Shown: piece after piece, positions 11,275 through 20,874 of the stretch
Numbering within the stretch: position 1 is the first letter of the stretch
Layout of the letters: each line of letters begins with the position of its first letter
Assembly (NCBI GenBank): GCA_965261735.1
Contig: OZ253470.1
Coordinates: 4,192,001 to 4,256,000, forward strand
Length of the DNA: 64,000 bases
Reading direction: 5' to 3'
Source: Alphaproteobacteria bacterium
GTDB lineage: Bacteria > Pseudomonadota > Alphaproteobacteria > SHVV01
Translations under genes and position numbers: made by a program
The notes under the pieces: model-generated
What the model was told of the DNA's origin: nothing
The model's database searches: none
The model's input: the letters and a program-made list of their open reading frames with translations, nothing else

Positions 11275-11973
11275 TCAGTGGATGGCTTGAACCCGGCGAT
11301 AGATGTCGTAGTACATGAGCAGCATCATGTCGAGCGTCTGATCCACCGTGCGCAAGACGAGACGGAAATCATCGTCGCCCTTGGCGAACTCCTGGAGCAG
11401 CTCGCGACCGATGTTGGAGTGGTCCTCGTCCGCCGTCTGATGGACGCTGAAGAACAGCAAGTCCTCATCGGTCAGGCCGTAGTGATTGCGGAGCGCGTCG
11501 GCGCGGCGGCTGCCGTGACCCGGGACCGGCGCTTCGCCGGCGAGCATGTGGGCCGAAACGCCTTCCATGAAATTGCGGCCGCACACGTCGCTGAAATACG
11601 CCTTGAAGGCGAGCGCACCGGCGCAGTAGTCGGTGTTGAACATCTCCTCGCGGCTGATGCCGAGAGCCTCGCCGTAGCGCAGATAGAGCTCGTTGTGCGA
11701 GATGCCGCCCGCGTGGAGGCGGCCGGTGCCTTCCTCGTAACACACCTCCGCGATGCGGGCCCGCCACTTCGGGTCGGGACAGGAGATGTAGAGCCGGCCA
11801 TGGTAGTTGTGGTTGTGCAGCGGAATGATCCCGTTCTGCCTGACCAGCTCTTTGAGCTGCTCCTTGCTCAGCTTGCCGTCCTCCATGTCCAACCACACGG
11901 GGCAGCCGAACAGCGGCTTGCGCTTGTGAATCTCGCCGATCTCCTCGAGCACGCTGTCGACCGTGAGTGCCAT
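11275..11973 (-). CDS. Heme-oxygenase-like diiron protein, paralog 4
   Basis: YEEGTG..ISHNELY, LAGE, HQTADEDH. Confidence 0.8.
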   Translation of the reverse strand: MALTVDSVLEEIGEIHKRKPLFGCPVWLDMEDGKLSKEQLKELVRQNGIIPLHNHNYHGRLYISCPDPKWRARIAEVCYEEGTGRLHAGGISHNELYLRYGEALGISREEMFNTDYCAGALAFKAYFSDVCGRNFMEGVSAHMLAGEAPVPGHGSRRADALRNHYGLTDEDLLFFSVHQTADEDHSNIGRELLQEFAKGDDDFRLVLRTVDQTLDMMLLMYYDIYRRVQAIH

Positions 11974-12020
11974 GTCGTCCTCCTGTCTTGGGGCCGCCGC
12001 GCCCGACCGTTTCCGGCCCG

Positions 12021-13520
12021 TCAGCCCGACCCCCGACCACTGCTTGCCGCGCGACCCGCGGCCGTTCCCGCGATCTTACCAAACACCGCGCCCGAGGTCA
12101 GGCCGGTGCCGCCGGGATAGTTGAAATAGAAGAGGCCGCCGACCATCTCGCCCGCCGCGTAGAGGCCGGGCATGGGCTTGCCATCGGTATCGATGACCTG
12201 CGCGTCGTTACCGACCCGGACTCCGCCGAAGGTAAAGGTGATGCCGCACCCGACGCCGTACGCCTCGAAGGGGGGCGTATCGAGGGCGTTGGCCCAGTTT
12301 GATTTCGCGATGTCGAGGCCAGCGGTCCCGCGGCCATCCTTGATTGTCGGGTTGAACGGCACGTCCTCGGCGACCGCGGCGTTGAATGCCGCCACCGTCT
12401 CCAGAAACCGCCCCGCATCGACGCCTTCGAGCTTGGTGGCCAGCTCTTCCAGCGTGTCGGCCTTGGCACGGGTTACCTGGCGTATCCTGTACTCGTCCCT
12501 AAGGAGATGGGTCACGCGCGAATCGAAGACCTGCCACGCGAACTGGCCCGGCTGTTCGAGGATCGCGCGACCGTACTTGGCGTAGGTGTAGTTGCGAAAG
12601 TCGGCACCCTCGTCGACGAAACGCCGGCCTTCGGCGTTGACCATGATGCCGAAGGGATAGCTGTGTTTCTGAAAGCCGTCGCCGACCGCAAGATCGCCGA
12701 ATTCCGGGGCGTTCATGTCCCACCCTACCGAATGGCAGCCCGACCAGTTGCCGTAGGGCATGGCCCCGGCCTCGAGCGCCATGCGCAGGCCGTCTCCGGT
12801 GTTGAACCGCGTCCCGCGTACCCGGGCGAGCTCCCAGCCGGGGCCGAGATAGCGTGTGCGCCATTCGGTGTTGGCCTCGAAGCCGCCGCACGACAGAACC
12901 ACCGCCTTGGCCTCGAGGTCCTGGGTCGTGCTCTCGCTGCGCAGGCGCACGCCGTGGACGCCGCCATCGTTGCACAGCAGGGCCTGCGCCCGTCCTTCAT
13001 ACAAGATGCGAATGCCGCGCTTTTCAGCCTGCGCGTAGAGGGCCTCGATGAGCCCCGGGCCGCCACCCCACGCCTCGACGGTGAGGCCGCCCCAGAACTT
13101 GAAGCGACCGTCCACCTTGAACGCCTGGCGCCCATACATCGGCGCGAATCGCACGCCGTTTGCGCGCATCCATTTCAGGGTCGAGAGACTTCGCGTGACC
13201 AGCAGTTCGGTGAGATCGGGATCGCACCGGAATTGCGTCACCCTCGACATGTCGTCGTAATACTGGTCGCTGGTGTAGGCGCCGAAGTCCGAGTTCTTCT
13301 GCTCCTCCTCGGAGAGATCGGGCATCAGCGCGAGCAGGTCCTCCACCCCCTCGTAGACGACCCGCATCGCGCCGGCGGTGAACCGGCTGTTACCGCCGCG
13401 CTCCTCTTCCGGCGCGCGCTCCAGCACAACCACCTCGGCGCCATGCTCGCGCGCAGCCAGGGCCGCGCAGAGGGCGGCGTTGCCGCCGCCAATGACCACG
13501 ACGTCGCAGGCTTGAGACAT
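12021..13520 (-). CDS. FAD-dependent tricarballylate dehydrogenase (TcuA)-like flavoprotein
   Basis: GGGNAAL, GGNSRFTAG, GNWSGCH, DEGADFRNYTYAKYG, NYPGGTGL. Confidence 0.8.
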   Translation of the reverse strand: MSQACDVVVIGGGNAALCAALAAREHGAEVVVLERAPEEERGGNSRFTAGAMRVVYEGVEDLLALMPDLSEEEQKNSDFGAYTSDQYYDDMSRVTQFRCDPDLTELLVTRSLSTLKWMRANGVRFAPMYGRQAFKVDGRFKFWGGLTVEAWGGGPGLIEALYAQAEKRGIRILYEGRAQALLCNDGGVHGVRLRSESTTQDLEAKAVVLSCGGFEANTEWRTRYLGPGWELARVRGTRFNTGDGLRMALEAGAMPYGNWSGCHSVGWDMNAPEFGDLAVGDGFQKHSYPFGIMVNAEGRRFVDEGADFRNYTYAKYGRAILEQPGQFAWQVFDSRVTHLLRDEYRIRQVTRAKADTLEELATKLEGVDAGRFLETVAAFNAAVAEDVPFNPTIKDGRGTAGLDIAKSNWANALDTPPFEAYGVGCGITFTFGGVRVGNDAQVIDTDGKPMPGLYAAGEMVGGLFYFNYPGGTGLTSGAVFGKIAGTAAGRAASSGRGSG

Positions 13521-13556
13521 GATGTGCTATGCGCCGGGGCGAGCGGCCGGCAGCGC

Positions 13557-14390
13557 CTACCGCGCGCGCTCGCGCTCGAGCGTGCGCCAGTGCGACAGCC
13601 TGCGTTCGATCCACCCCGTGACTTCCGTCAGCACGATGCCGATGAAGCCGATAATGACGATCGCAATGTAGAGTTCCGCCATGTAGAAGGCATCGCCCGA
13701 ATCGCGGATCATCCCCCCGAAACCGGTCGTCGCCGTGAAGAACTCGGCGACCACCATGCCGATGATCGCCAGGCCCACGCACAGGCGGACGCCGGCCATG
13801 ACGTAAGGAACCGCCCCCGGCAGCGTGATCTTGAAAAAGATCTGCGACTCGCTGGCACCGAACACTCGTCCGATGTCGAGCATGGCGCCCCGCGTGTCTT
13901 TAATTCCCGTGTAGGTATTGATGATTACGGGGAAGATGGCGATGGAGACGAGGATCACCACCTTGACCGTGGTCTCAAGGCCGAACCACATGATGAACAG
14001 AGGGATGAACGCGATACGCGGCATGACGTAGAACCCGTTGATGAACGGGTCCATCGTGTACTCGAAGAACCACCACTGGCCGATCATCACGCCGATGGCG
14101 ATGCCGCCGAAAATGGAAATCCCCAGGCCGATCAGGAAATGTTCCATGCTCTCGGCGAAGGCATTGCCCATCGCGCCCGTATTAAAGATGTCGACTCCGG
14201 CCCAAAACACGTCGATGGGGCCGACGAGGAACAACTGGTTGGCGTCCCTCGCGGAGATGTGCCAGAAGATGAAAAAAGCGATGACCGCGACGGTGCGGAC
14301 CGTGTTGGGGACCGAGCGGACGGCGGCCATAGCGCGGCCGAAATCGTTCTTTTCTCCGCGTCCGCGTGCGCTGATTTGTTGCACGGCCAT
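13557..14390 (-). CDS. NitT/TauT-family ABC transporter permease (second)
   Basis: Close paralog of 8783-9622 (GQWWFFEYT.DPFIN). Confidence 0.9.
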   Translation of the reverse strand: MAVQQISARGRGEKNDFGRAMAAVRSVPNTVRTVAVIAFFIFWHISARDANQLFLVGPIDVFWAGVDIFNTGAMGNAFAESMEHFLIGLGISIFGGIAIGVMIGQWWFFEYTMDPFINGFYVMPRIAFIPLFIMWFGLETTVKVVILVSIAIFPVIINTYTGIKDTRGAMLDIGRVFGASESQIFFKITLPGAVPYVMAGVRLCVGLAIIGMVVAEFFTATTGFGGMIRDSGDAFYMAELYIAIVIIGFIGIVLTEVTGWIERRLSHWRTLERERAR

Positions 14391-14419
14391 CGGCGTAGCG
14401 TCGGGCTAGAGTCCGGCGT

Positions 14420-15118
14420 TCACTGGATCGCCTTAACCAGGCGATACATGTCGTCGTACATGAGGAGCATCATGTCGATCGTCTCCTCGACGGTCCTGAG
14501 AACGCGCCGTACGTCGTCGTCGGTCTTGGCAAACTGGCCCAAGAGCTCCTCGCCGATGCCGGAGTGGTCCTTGTCGGCCGTTTGGTGGACCGTGAAGAAG
14601 CGCACGTCCTCGTCCGACAGTCCGTAATACTTGCGCAGCGCATCGGCGCGGCGGCTGCCGTGGGCCGGGACCGGTCCCTCGGCCGCCAGCATGTGGGCCG
14701 AGACGCCCTCGAGAAAATCGCGTCCGCAAACATCGCTGAAGTACGCCTTGAACGCCAGCGCGCCGGCGCAGTAATCGGCGTTCCACATCTCGTCGCGGCT
14801 GATGCCGAGCGCCTCGCCGTAGCGCAGATACAGTTCGTTGTGCCCGACTCCGTCCGCGTAGAGGCGACCTGTGGCCTCTTCGTAGCATACCTCGACAATG
14901 CGGGCGCGCCATTGCGGGTCCGGGCAGACCACGTAGAGCCGCCCGTGGAAGTTGTGGTTGTACAGCGGAATGATGCCGTTCTGCTTGGCGAACGCCTTGA
15001 CTTGCTCCTTGCTCAGCTCGCCGTCGCACAACTCGGTCCACAGGGAGTGCCCGAAGCGCGGCTTGCGCCGGTGAATCGCCTCGATTTCCTCAAGCACGCT
15101 TTCGGCAGAAATCGTCAT
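14420..15118 (-). CDS. Heme-oxygenase-like diiron protein, paralog 3
   Basis: YEEATG..VGHNELY, LAAE, HQTADKDH. Confidence 0.8.
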   Translation of the reverse strand: MTISAESVLEEIEAIHRRKPRFGHSLWTELCDGELSKEQVKAFAKQNGIIPLYNHNFHGRLYVVCPDPQWRARIVEVCYEEATGRLYADGVGHNELYLRYGEALGISRDEMWNADYCAGALAFKAYFSDVCGRDFLEGVSAHMLAAEGPVPAHGSRRADALRKYYGLSDEDVRFFTVHQTADKDHSGIGEELLGQFAKTDDDVRRVLRTVEETIDMMLLMYDDMYRLVKAIQ

Positions 15119-15153
15119 CGTCAACCCCTCGAACGCTTGCGCAAAATGGAGAA

Positions 15154-15184
15154 GCGCGGACCGCCCGATGGTGGCGGTCCGCGC
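15154..15184. repeat. Intergenic 12-bp-stem hairpin after the SBP gene
   Basis: GCGCGGACCGCC-N7-GGCGGTCCGCGC. Confidence 0.7.
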
Positions 15185-15197
15185 CTTCCGGGCTGAG

Positions 15198-16214
15198 CTA
15201 GAACGAGCCCAGTTCCTTGATGATCGGCTCCACGATCGAGGTGTCGAGCACCTGGTCGGTAGAGATCGCTTTCTTCAGTACGCCGTATTCGAGGTACCTG
15301 CTGGCCGTGAAATCGGTGACCTCGTTGGGAACGCCGCCGTCGACGCCCCATACCGGAATCGCATTGAGCTGGCCGACGACCGTCTTGATGAGGGCGAGGT
15401 CGATGTCGGGCGTGCGTTTGTGCATCGCCGCCGCCGCCTCGTCGGGATGCTGGATGGCGTAACGCGCCCCCATGATCGAGCCCTTCATGAACTTGGTGAA
15501 GGCTTCGCGCTTGACCGGATCTTTCAGGTCTTCGGCCTTGACGGCAAGGTAGACATAACCCAGGGAGCCGAGTTCCTTGGCCACCGGGGTGATCCAGTTG
15601 ATCTGGTCACTCGCCCTGGAGGCGGTTAGGGTATTGACCAGCGTGAAGTCCGCCTTGCCCGAGAGCACCGCCGCGATGCGATCGGCGTGGCCGCCCACGG
15701 GAAGGTATTTGAGCCGCTTTTGGACATGGCCGTGTTTCTTCAGGATCATCGTCGTCATGTGGTTGATCATGCCGACGCCGCCGCCGCCGGCCAACGTCTT
15801 GCCGAGCAGGTCTGCGATCTTGGTGATCTTGCCTTTCTTGCTGCTGATCAACTGGTAGTCCACGCGCGGCTGCCACGAGCCGATGACCTTGATATCGGCG
15901 CCGCCGAGAATGCTAAGCATGGTCGTCGACGGGGCGAGAAGCGTGACGTCGCCGGTGCCCGAAACCATCGCGCGTATCGCGTTGGGGCTACTGGTCAGGT
16001 AAATGTCCTCGACCTCGAGGTCCATGTCCTTGAACCAGCCCTTGTCGGTGGCGATGTAGTAGGGGATGCCGTACGTCGTGGGCGCCGTCGAAAAGATCAT
16101 CTTGAGCTTGGACATCGCCGCACCGGCCGGGGTCGCGCCAGCGAGCACGGACGCCGCAGCGAAAACCGCCGCGATGAAGAGCGTGTGGCATGAGGCTAGC
16201 AATGATTTATTCAC
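15198..16214 (-). CDS. ABC substrate-binding protein, NMT1/THI5/SsuA-like (second)
   Basis: Signal peptide; PYYIA.DKGWF motif; GGAGG RBS before GTG at 16214. Confidence 0.85.
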   Translation of the reverse strand: MNKSLLASCHTLFIAAVFAAASVLAGATPAGAAMSKLKMIFSTAPTTYGIPYYIATDKGWFKDMDLEVEDIYLTSSPNAIRAMVSGTGDVTLLAPSTTMLSILGGADIKVIGSWQPRVDYQLISSKKGKITKIADLLGKTLAGGGGVGMINHMTTMILKKHGHVQKRLKYLPVGGHADRIAAVLSGKADFTLVNTLTASRASDQINWITPVAKELGSLGYVYLAVKAEDLKDPVKREAFTKFMKGSIMGARYAIQHPDEAAAAMHKRTPDIDLALIKTVVGQLNAIPVWGVDGGVPNEVTDFTASRYLEYGVLKKAISTDQVLDTSIVEPIIKELGSF

Positions 16215-16445
16215 CGGTAATTCCTCCCATTTTGATTGTATGACATTCGTCTTGTTTGCATGACGTTGGTCGTTGCAATACCATCCCATACCATCTCTGC
16301 CTCGTCAACGCGCCGCAACCACAGCACATCCCCCCGCTCAGGCCGATTACGTTCGCAACCAAGCAGGCGAAAGCCGGAGCGCGGCTCGAATAGCCGTCGT
16401 CCAGCATCCCGGCGCCTGGGCCGGGCATCGAGCCAGCGCCGGCGG

Positions 16446-17150
16446 TTACTGAATCGCGGTAACCCGGCGGTACATGTCGTCGTACATGAGGAGCATCATG
16501 TCGATCGTCTCCTCGACCGTCCTGAGGACGCGCCGTACGTCGTCCTCGGTCTTGGCGAACTCGCCTAAGAGCTCCTTGCCGATGCTCGTGTGGTCCTCGT
16601 CGGCCGTTTGGTGGACGGTGAAGAAGCGCACGTCTTCGTCCGTCAGTCTGTAATACTTGCGCAGCGCATCGGCGCGGCGGCTGCCGTGGGCCGGGACCGG
16701 TCCTTCTGCCGCCAGCATGTGGGCCGAGACGCCCTCGAGAAAATCGCGGCCGCAAACGTCGCTGAAGTAGGCCTTGAACGCCAGGGCGCCGGCGCAGTAG
16801 TCGGCGTTCCACATCTCGTCGCGGCTGATGCCGAGCCCCTCGGCGAAACGCAGGTACAGCTCGTTGTGGGAGACGCCGTCCGCATAGAGGCGGCCGGTGC
16901 CCTCTTCGTAGCACACCTCGGCGATGCGCGCGCGCCACTTGGGGTCGGGGCAGACCACATAGAGACGGCCGTGATAGTTGTGGTTGTGAAGCGGAATGAT
17001 GCCGAGTTGGCGGACCGTTTCTCGGACCTGGTCCAAGCTCAACGCCCCGTCGCAAAACTCGGTCCAGAGTCGGTGGCCAAACAACGCCTTGCGCTCATGA
17101 ATGGCCTCGATCTCCCGGAGCACGCCTTCGGCGGCTATCGCCATCGCCAT
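16446..17150 (-). CDS. Heme-oxygenase-like diiron protein, paralog 2
   Basis: YEEGTG..VSHNELY, LAAE, HQTADEDH. Confidence 0.8.
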   Translation of the reverse strand: MAMAIAAEGVLREIEAIHERKALFGHRLWTEFCDGALSLDQVRETVRQLGIIPLHNHNYHGRLYVVCPDPKWRARIAEVCYEEGTGRLYADGVSHNELYLRFAEGLGISRDEMWNADYCAGALAFKAYFSDVCGRDFLEGVSAHMLAAEGPVPAHGSRRADALRKYYRLTDEDVRFFTVHQTADEDHTSIGKELLGEFAKTEDDVRRVLRTVEETIDMMLLMYDDMYRRVTAIQ

Positions 17151-17182
17151 CCTCCCCAACCCGTTCAAAAACTAAAGCGAAA

Positions 17183-17212
17183 CGCGGGCCGCCCACCGCC
17201 GGTCGGCCCGCG
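17183..17212. repeat. Intergenic hairpin after the first SBP gene
   Basis: CGCGGGCCG...CGGCCCGCG, positionally equivalent to 15154-15184. Confidence 0.6.
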
Positions 17213-17226
17213 CCGTCCGGGCTAGT

Positions 17227-18240
17227 CTAGAAGCTGCCTAGCTCCTTGATGATCGGCTCGACGATCGAGGTGTCGAGCACCTGGTCGCGAGAGATCGCCT
17301 TCTTGAGTACGCCGTATTCGAGGTACTTCTCGGAGGTGAACTCGGTGACCTCGTTCGGAATGCCGCCATTGACGCCCCACACCGGAATGGAGTTGAGCAC
17401 GGCGACGACCTTTTTGATAAGGCCGAGGTCGACGTCGGGCGTGCGTTTGTGCAGCGCCGCTGCCGCCTCGTCCGGATGCTGTATGGCGTAGCGCGCCCCC
17501 ATGATCGAGCCCTTCATGAACTTGGCGAAGGCTTCGCGCTGGGCGGGATCTTTCAGATCGTCGCCCCTGACGGCAAGGTAGACGTAGCCCAGGCCGCCCA
17601 GTTGCTTGGCCACCGGCGTGATCCAGTTGATCTGCTCAGCCGCCATGGTCGCATGCAAGGTATTGACGAGCGAGTAGTCCGCCTTGCCCGCGATCACCGC
17701 CGCCAGCCGATCGGCGTGGCCGCCCACCGGGACGAATTCGACCTTGGGGTCGAAGCCGTTTTTCTTCAGGATCATCGACGTCATGTGGTTGAGCATGCTG
17801 ACGCCGCCGCCGCCGGCCATCTTCTTGCCAACGATGTCGCCAATCTTGGTGATATTCATATCCCGGTTGCCGACCAGCTGATAGTCCACCCGCGGCTGCC
17901 ATGAGCCGATGGCCTTGATGCCGCTGCCGCCCTGGATGCTCAGTATGGTCGTCGAGGGGCCGACCAGCACGACGTCGCCGCCGCCCGAAACCAGCGCGCG
18001 GACCGAGTTCGCGTCACCGATCAGGTGCAGGTCCTCGAGTTCCAGGTCCATGTCCTTGAACCAGCCTTTGTCGTGGGCGATGTAGTAGGGGATGCCGTAC
18101 GTCGTGGGCGGGGTCGGAAAGATGATTTTCAGCTTGGATGTTGCAGCTTCCGCCGGCGTGACGCCAGCTATCATGGCCGCCGCGGCTATTGTTGCCCCGA
18201 GGATCAGGGCGCGGCGTGAGAGTCTCAAAAGTTCGCTCAT
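17227..18240 (-). CDS. ABC substrate-binding protein, NMT1/THI5/SsuA-like, possible Tat signal
   Basis: SRRALIL signal; close paralog of 15198-16214. Confidence 0.85.
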   Translation of the reverse strand: MSELLRLSRRALILGATIAAAAMIAGVTPAEAATSKLKIIFPTPPTTYGIPYYIAHDKGWFKDMDLELEDLHLIGDANSVRALVSGGGDVVLVGPSTTILSIQGGSGIKAIGSWQPRVDYQLVGNRDMNITKIGDIVGKKMAGGGGVSMLNHMTSMILKKNGFDPKVEFVPVGGHADRLAAVIAGKADYSLVNTLHATMAAEQINWITPVAKQLGGLGYVYLAVRGDDLKDPAQREAFAKFMKGSIMGARYAIQHPDEAAAALHKRTPDVDLGLIKKVVAVLNSIPVWGVNGGIPNEVTEFTSEKYLEYGVLKKAISRDQVLDTSIVEPIIKELGSF

Positions 18241-18341
18241 GGTATTCCTCCCGGTTGTTATGCGACGAGCGTGTAGGCCGCAACATCCCACAGGGCCGGC
18301 GCCCCGTCAATGCACCGAAATACCGTCGAAAAACGGCGGTA

Positions 18342-19163
18342 TCAGCGGACGAAATCGGCGATCGTTTTGCTCACGAATTCGGGATGTTCGACGTGCGCAA
18401 GATGGCCGCACTCCTCGACGATGACGAGTTGCACGTCGGGGATGCGCCGGTAGCCCGCCTCGACGACATCGATGTCGGCGCGAATGTCCTGGCGCCCCGT
18501 CAGCACCAGCGTGGGCACCTTGATGTTCTCGGGAATTACGCGGGCGGCGTCGGAGTCGATGGTCGCCAACATGCCGTCGGCCAGGCGCTGGTAGGAGGTC
18601 AGCCGGTCGGGAATGGCGTACGACGTGAGCTGCGCCATGACGATGTCGCCCGGCACCACGGCCGGATCGTGGACAATGTTGCCGAGCCGCGCGCGGCAGG
18701 CCGCGAAGGTCGCTTCCTTCATCGCCTTAGAACCGTTCGCGTTGGCCGCCCTGAGTACCTCGGGGTCCATCGCGCCGGTTTCCGAGAACGGCGTCGCGAT
18801 GCCCATGAGGACGAGCTTCTCGACCTGCTGGGGGCGCTCGAAATACAGCAGTGGCGCAATAACGCCGCCCAACGAGTTGCCGACGACGCCGGCCCGCTCG
18901 ATCCCGAGGCAATCGAGAAAGCGAGCGAGATGCCGGGCCAAGTGGACTTGCGGTGGCACATCGCCGAAATCCTCGAAGTCGGTGAAACCGTGCCCCAACA
19001 GGTCGGGCGCATAGACGGCGAAGTCCCGGGCTAGAAGGTCGATCGTCTTCGACCACATGTCGGCGCACGAGCCGTAGCCGTGGACCAGCAGGAGCGCCGG
19101 CCCGTCGCCCTCGTGGTAGTACCGCGTATTGACCCCGTCGACGTCGATGAAGCTTATGCGCAT
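18342..19163 (-). CDS. Alpha/beta hydrolase, BphD/MhpC-like
   Basis: LLVHG, DLLGHG, VGNSLGG nucleophile elbow, ECGH..HVEHP. Confidence 0.85.
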   Translation of the reverse strand: MRISFIDVDGVNTRYYHEGDGPALLLVHGYGSCADMWSKTIDLLARDFAVYAPDLLGHGFTDFEDFGDVPPQVHLARHLARFLDCLGIERAGVVGNSLGGVIAPLLYFERPQQVEKLVLMGIATPFSETGAMDPEVLRAANANGSKAMKEATFAACRARLGNIVHDPAVVPGDIVMAQLTSYAIPDRLTSYQRLADGMLATIDSDAARVIPENIKVPTLVLTGRQDIRADIDVVEAGYRRIPDVQLVIVEECGHLAHVEHPEFVSKTIADFVR

Positions 19164-19187
19164 GGTTGGCCTCCCCGCCCCATGGCG

Positions 19188-19886
19188 CTAGTGGATCGCC
19201 TTGACGTGGCGATAGATGTCGTCGTTCATCAGAATCATGACGTCGAGCGTTTGTTCGACCGTCTTGAGCACCAAACGCAGGTCGTCCTCGGTGCGGGCGA
19301 ACTCGTCGAGTAGTTCGCGGCCGATGTTGGAGTGATCGGTGTCGGCCTCCACGTGGACCGTGAAGAACATCACGTCGTCCTGCGAGAGCCCGTAGTGCTC
19401 GCACAGGGCGTCGCCCCGGCTGCCGACATGCGCCGGCGCCGGCGCCTCTCCGGCCAGCATATGGGCTGAGACGCCCTCGAGAAAGCTGCGCCCGCAGATC
19501 TCGCTAAAGTAGGTCCTGAACCCGAGCGCACCGGCGCAATAGGGCGTGCTCCACATCACCTCGCGACTGATCCCGAGGGCTTCCCCGAAGCGCAAGTAAA
19601 GCTCGTTGTGCGAGAACCCATTCGCGTACAGGCGCCCCGTCCCTTCCTCGAAGCACACCTCGGCGATCCGAGCGCGCCATCTCGGATCGGGGCACACGAC
19701 GTAGAGCCGGCCGTGATAATTGTGGTTGTGCAGCGGGATGATGCCCTCCTGGCGGACCTCCTCCTTGAGCTGCTCGCGGCTGAGGCTGCCCTCCATGATG
19801 TCGTTGAAGAGCGCGTGCCCATAGAGCGGCTTGCGCCGATGGATCTCTTCGATTTCGGCTAACGTATCCTCGACTGTCAGGGCCAT
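19188..19886 (-). CDS. Heme-oxygenase-like diiron protein, paralog 1
   Basis: FEEGTG..FSHNELY, LAGE, HVEADTDH. Confidence 0.8.
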   Translation of the reverse strand: MALTVEDTLAEIEEIHRRKPLYGHALFNDIMEGSLSREQLKEEVRQEGIIPLHNHNYHGRLYVVCPDPRWRARIAEVCFEEGTGRLYANGFSHNELYLRFGEALGISREVMWSTPYCAGALGFRTYFSEICGRSFLEGVSAHMLAGEAPAPAHVGSRGDALCEHYGLSQDDVMFFTVHVEADTDHSNIGRELLDEFARTEDDLRLVLKTVEQTLDVMILMNDDIYRHVKAIH

Positions 19887-19916
19887 CGCCTCCTCCTTCA
19901 ATGGTTCCGCGCGCGC

Positions 19917-20744
19917 TCAGCGCCGCAGGAAGTCCTCCACGACTTGGTTGAACTTTTCGGGGTGCTCGCTCTGCGGCAAATGGCCGCATTCCTCGAAGAC
20001 GACCAGCTCGGCGTTGGGCATGCGCGCTACGCCCTTTTCGTGCCAGCGCCAGTCCGCCCGGATGTCGTTGCGCCCGACGATGACGAGCGTCGGCGCGGCG
20101 ATCTCCTCGAGTCGCGTGAATACGCGCAGCGTGTCCGATTCGGCGGCGCCCTTCAGGCCCGTGAGCGCCTGGCGGTAGCCGTCCAGGCGGTCGGGGATGG
20201 CGTAGGACGTGAGTTCGGCCAGCAAGATCTCGTCAGGCACCGTCGCCGGATCGTGAACGATCGTGGCGAAGCGTTCGTGGCACGTCTCCCAGGTCGGGTT
20301 GAGGAACGCTCGCGACGCATTCTCGTAAGCCGCGTCGAGTGTCCTGACGACGTCCTCTGGCGGATTGAAGGTCGAGCCGCTGCCGATGATGACGAGCTTC
20401 TCGATGCCCTCGGGCCGATGGAAGTAAAGGAGCGCCGACAGGATACCGCCGTAGGAGCTGCCTCCGGCCGAGTAGCTGTCGTGCCCCACCAGCTCCATGA
20501 AGCGGTCGAGATGTTTGACGACGTGAGGCTGCGGCGGCTCGTCGCCGAAGTCGACGTGGTCGGTGAAGCCGTGGCCGAGTACGTCGGGGGCGTAAACGGC
20601 GAACTCGCGCGCGAGCACGTCGATGTTGCGCACGAACATATCGCCCGAGGTGCCGACTGGATGGGTGAGGAGGAGCGGCCTGCCGCTCCCCTCGTGCAGG
20701 TAGCGGGTGCGCACCCCGTCGACGTCAATAAAACTGACCTTCAT
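19917..20744 (-). CDS. Alpha/beta hydrolase, BphD/MhpC-like (second)
   Basis: GSSYGG elbow, ECGHLPQSEHP; paralog of 18342-19163. Confidence 0.85.
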   Translation of the reverse strand: MKVSFIDVDGVRTRYLHEGSGRPLLLTHPVGTSGDMFVRNIDVLAREFAVYAPDVLGHGFTDHVDFGDEPPQPHVVKHLDRFMELVGHDSYSAGGSSYGGILSALLYFHRPEGIEKLVIIGSGSTFNPPEDVVRTLDAAYENASRAFLNPTWETCHERFATIVHDPATVPDEILLAELTSYAIPDRLDGYRQALTGLKGAAESDTLRVFTRLEEIAAPTLVIVGRNDIRADWRWHEKGVARMPNAELVVFEECGHLPQSEHPEKFNQVVEDFLRR

Positions 20745-20874
20745 GGACCGGGCTCCCGGACGCCTCCGCAAAGTGAGGCGGCTCTGCAGTGCCTAGCTGC
20801 GGGCGCCCGGCGCGGCGCAGTCGGGCGAGCCCGCCGGGGGAAGAACCCCCGGCGAAACTTACATGATGGCGCGC

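Noticed and set aside
12507-14627. Long antisense ORFs (e.g. 706 aa here; 762 aa at 1729-4017; 530 aa at 5179-6771)
   Set aside because: Shadow ORFs of real genes in high-GC DNA; no recognisable motifs
16215-16445. Possible RiPP precursor peptide in the operon's longest intergenic gap
   Set aside because: No short ORF with a convincing RBS or leader/core pattern, and no peptidase, exporter or RRE gene; the transporter is an importer
10529-19886. Calling the five paralogs PqqC (PQQ synthesis) or TenA thiaminase II
   Set aside because: No pqqA/B/D/E nearby, and the full E/H/E/HxxxDxxH metal set fits CADD-like diiron proteins better. The TPP-regulated thi genes are ~27 kb away and unlinked
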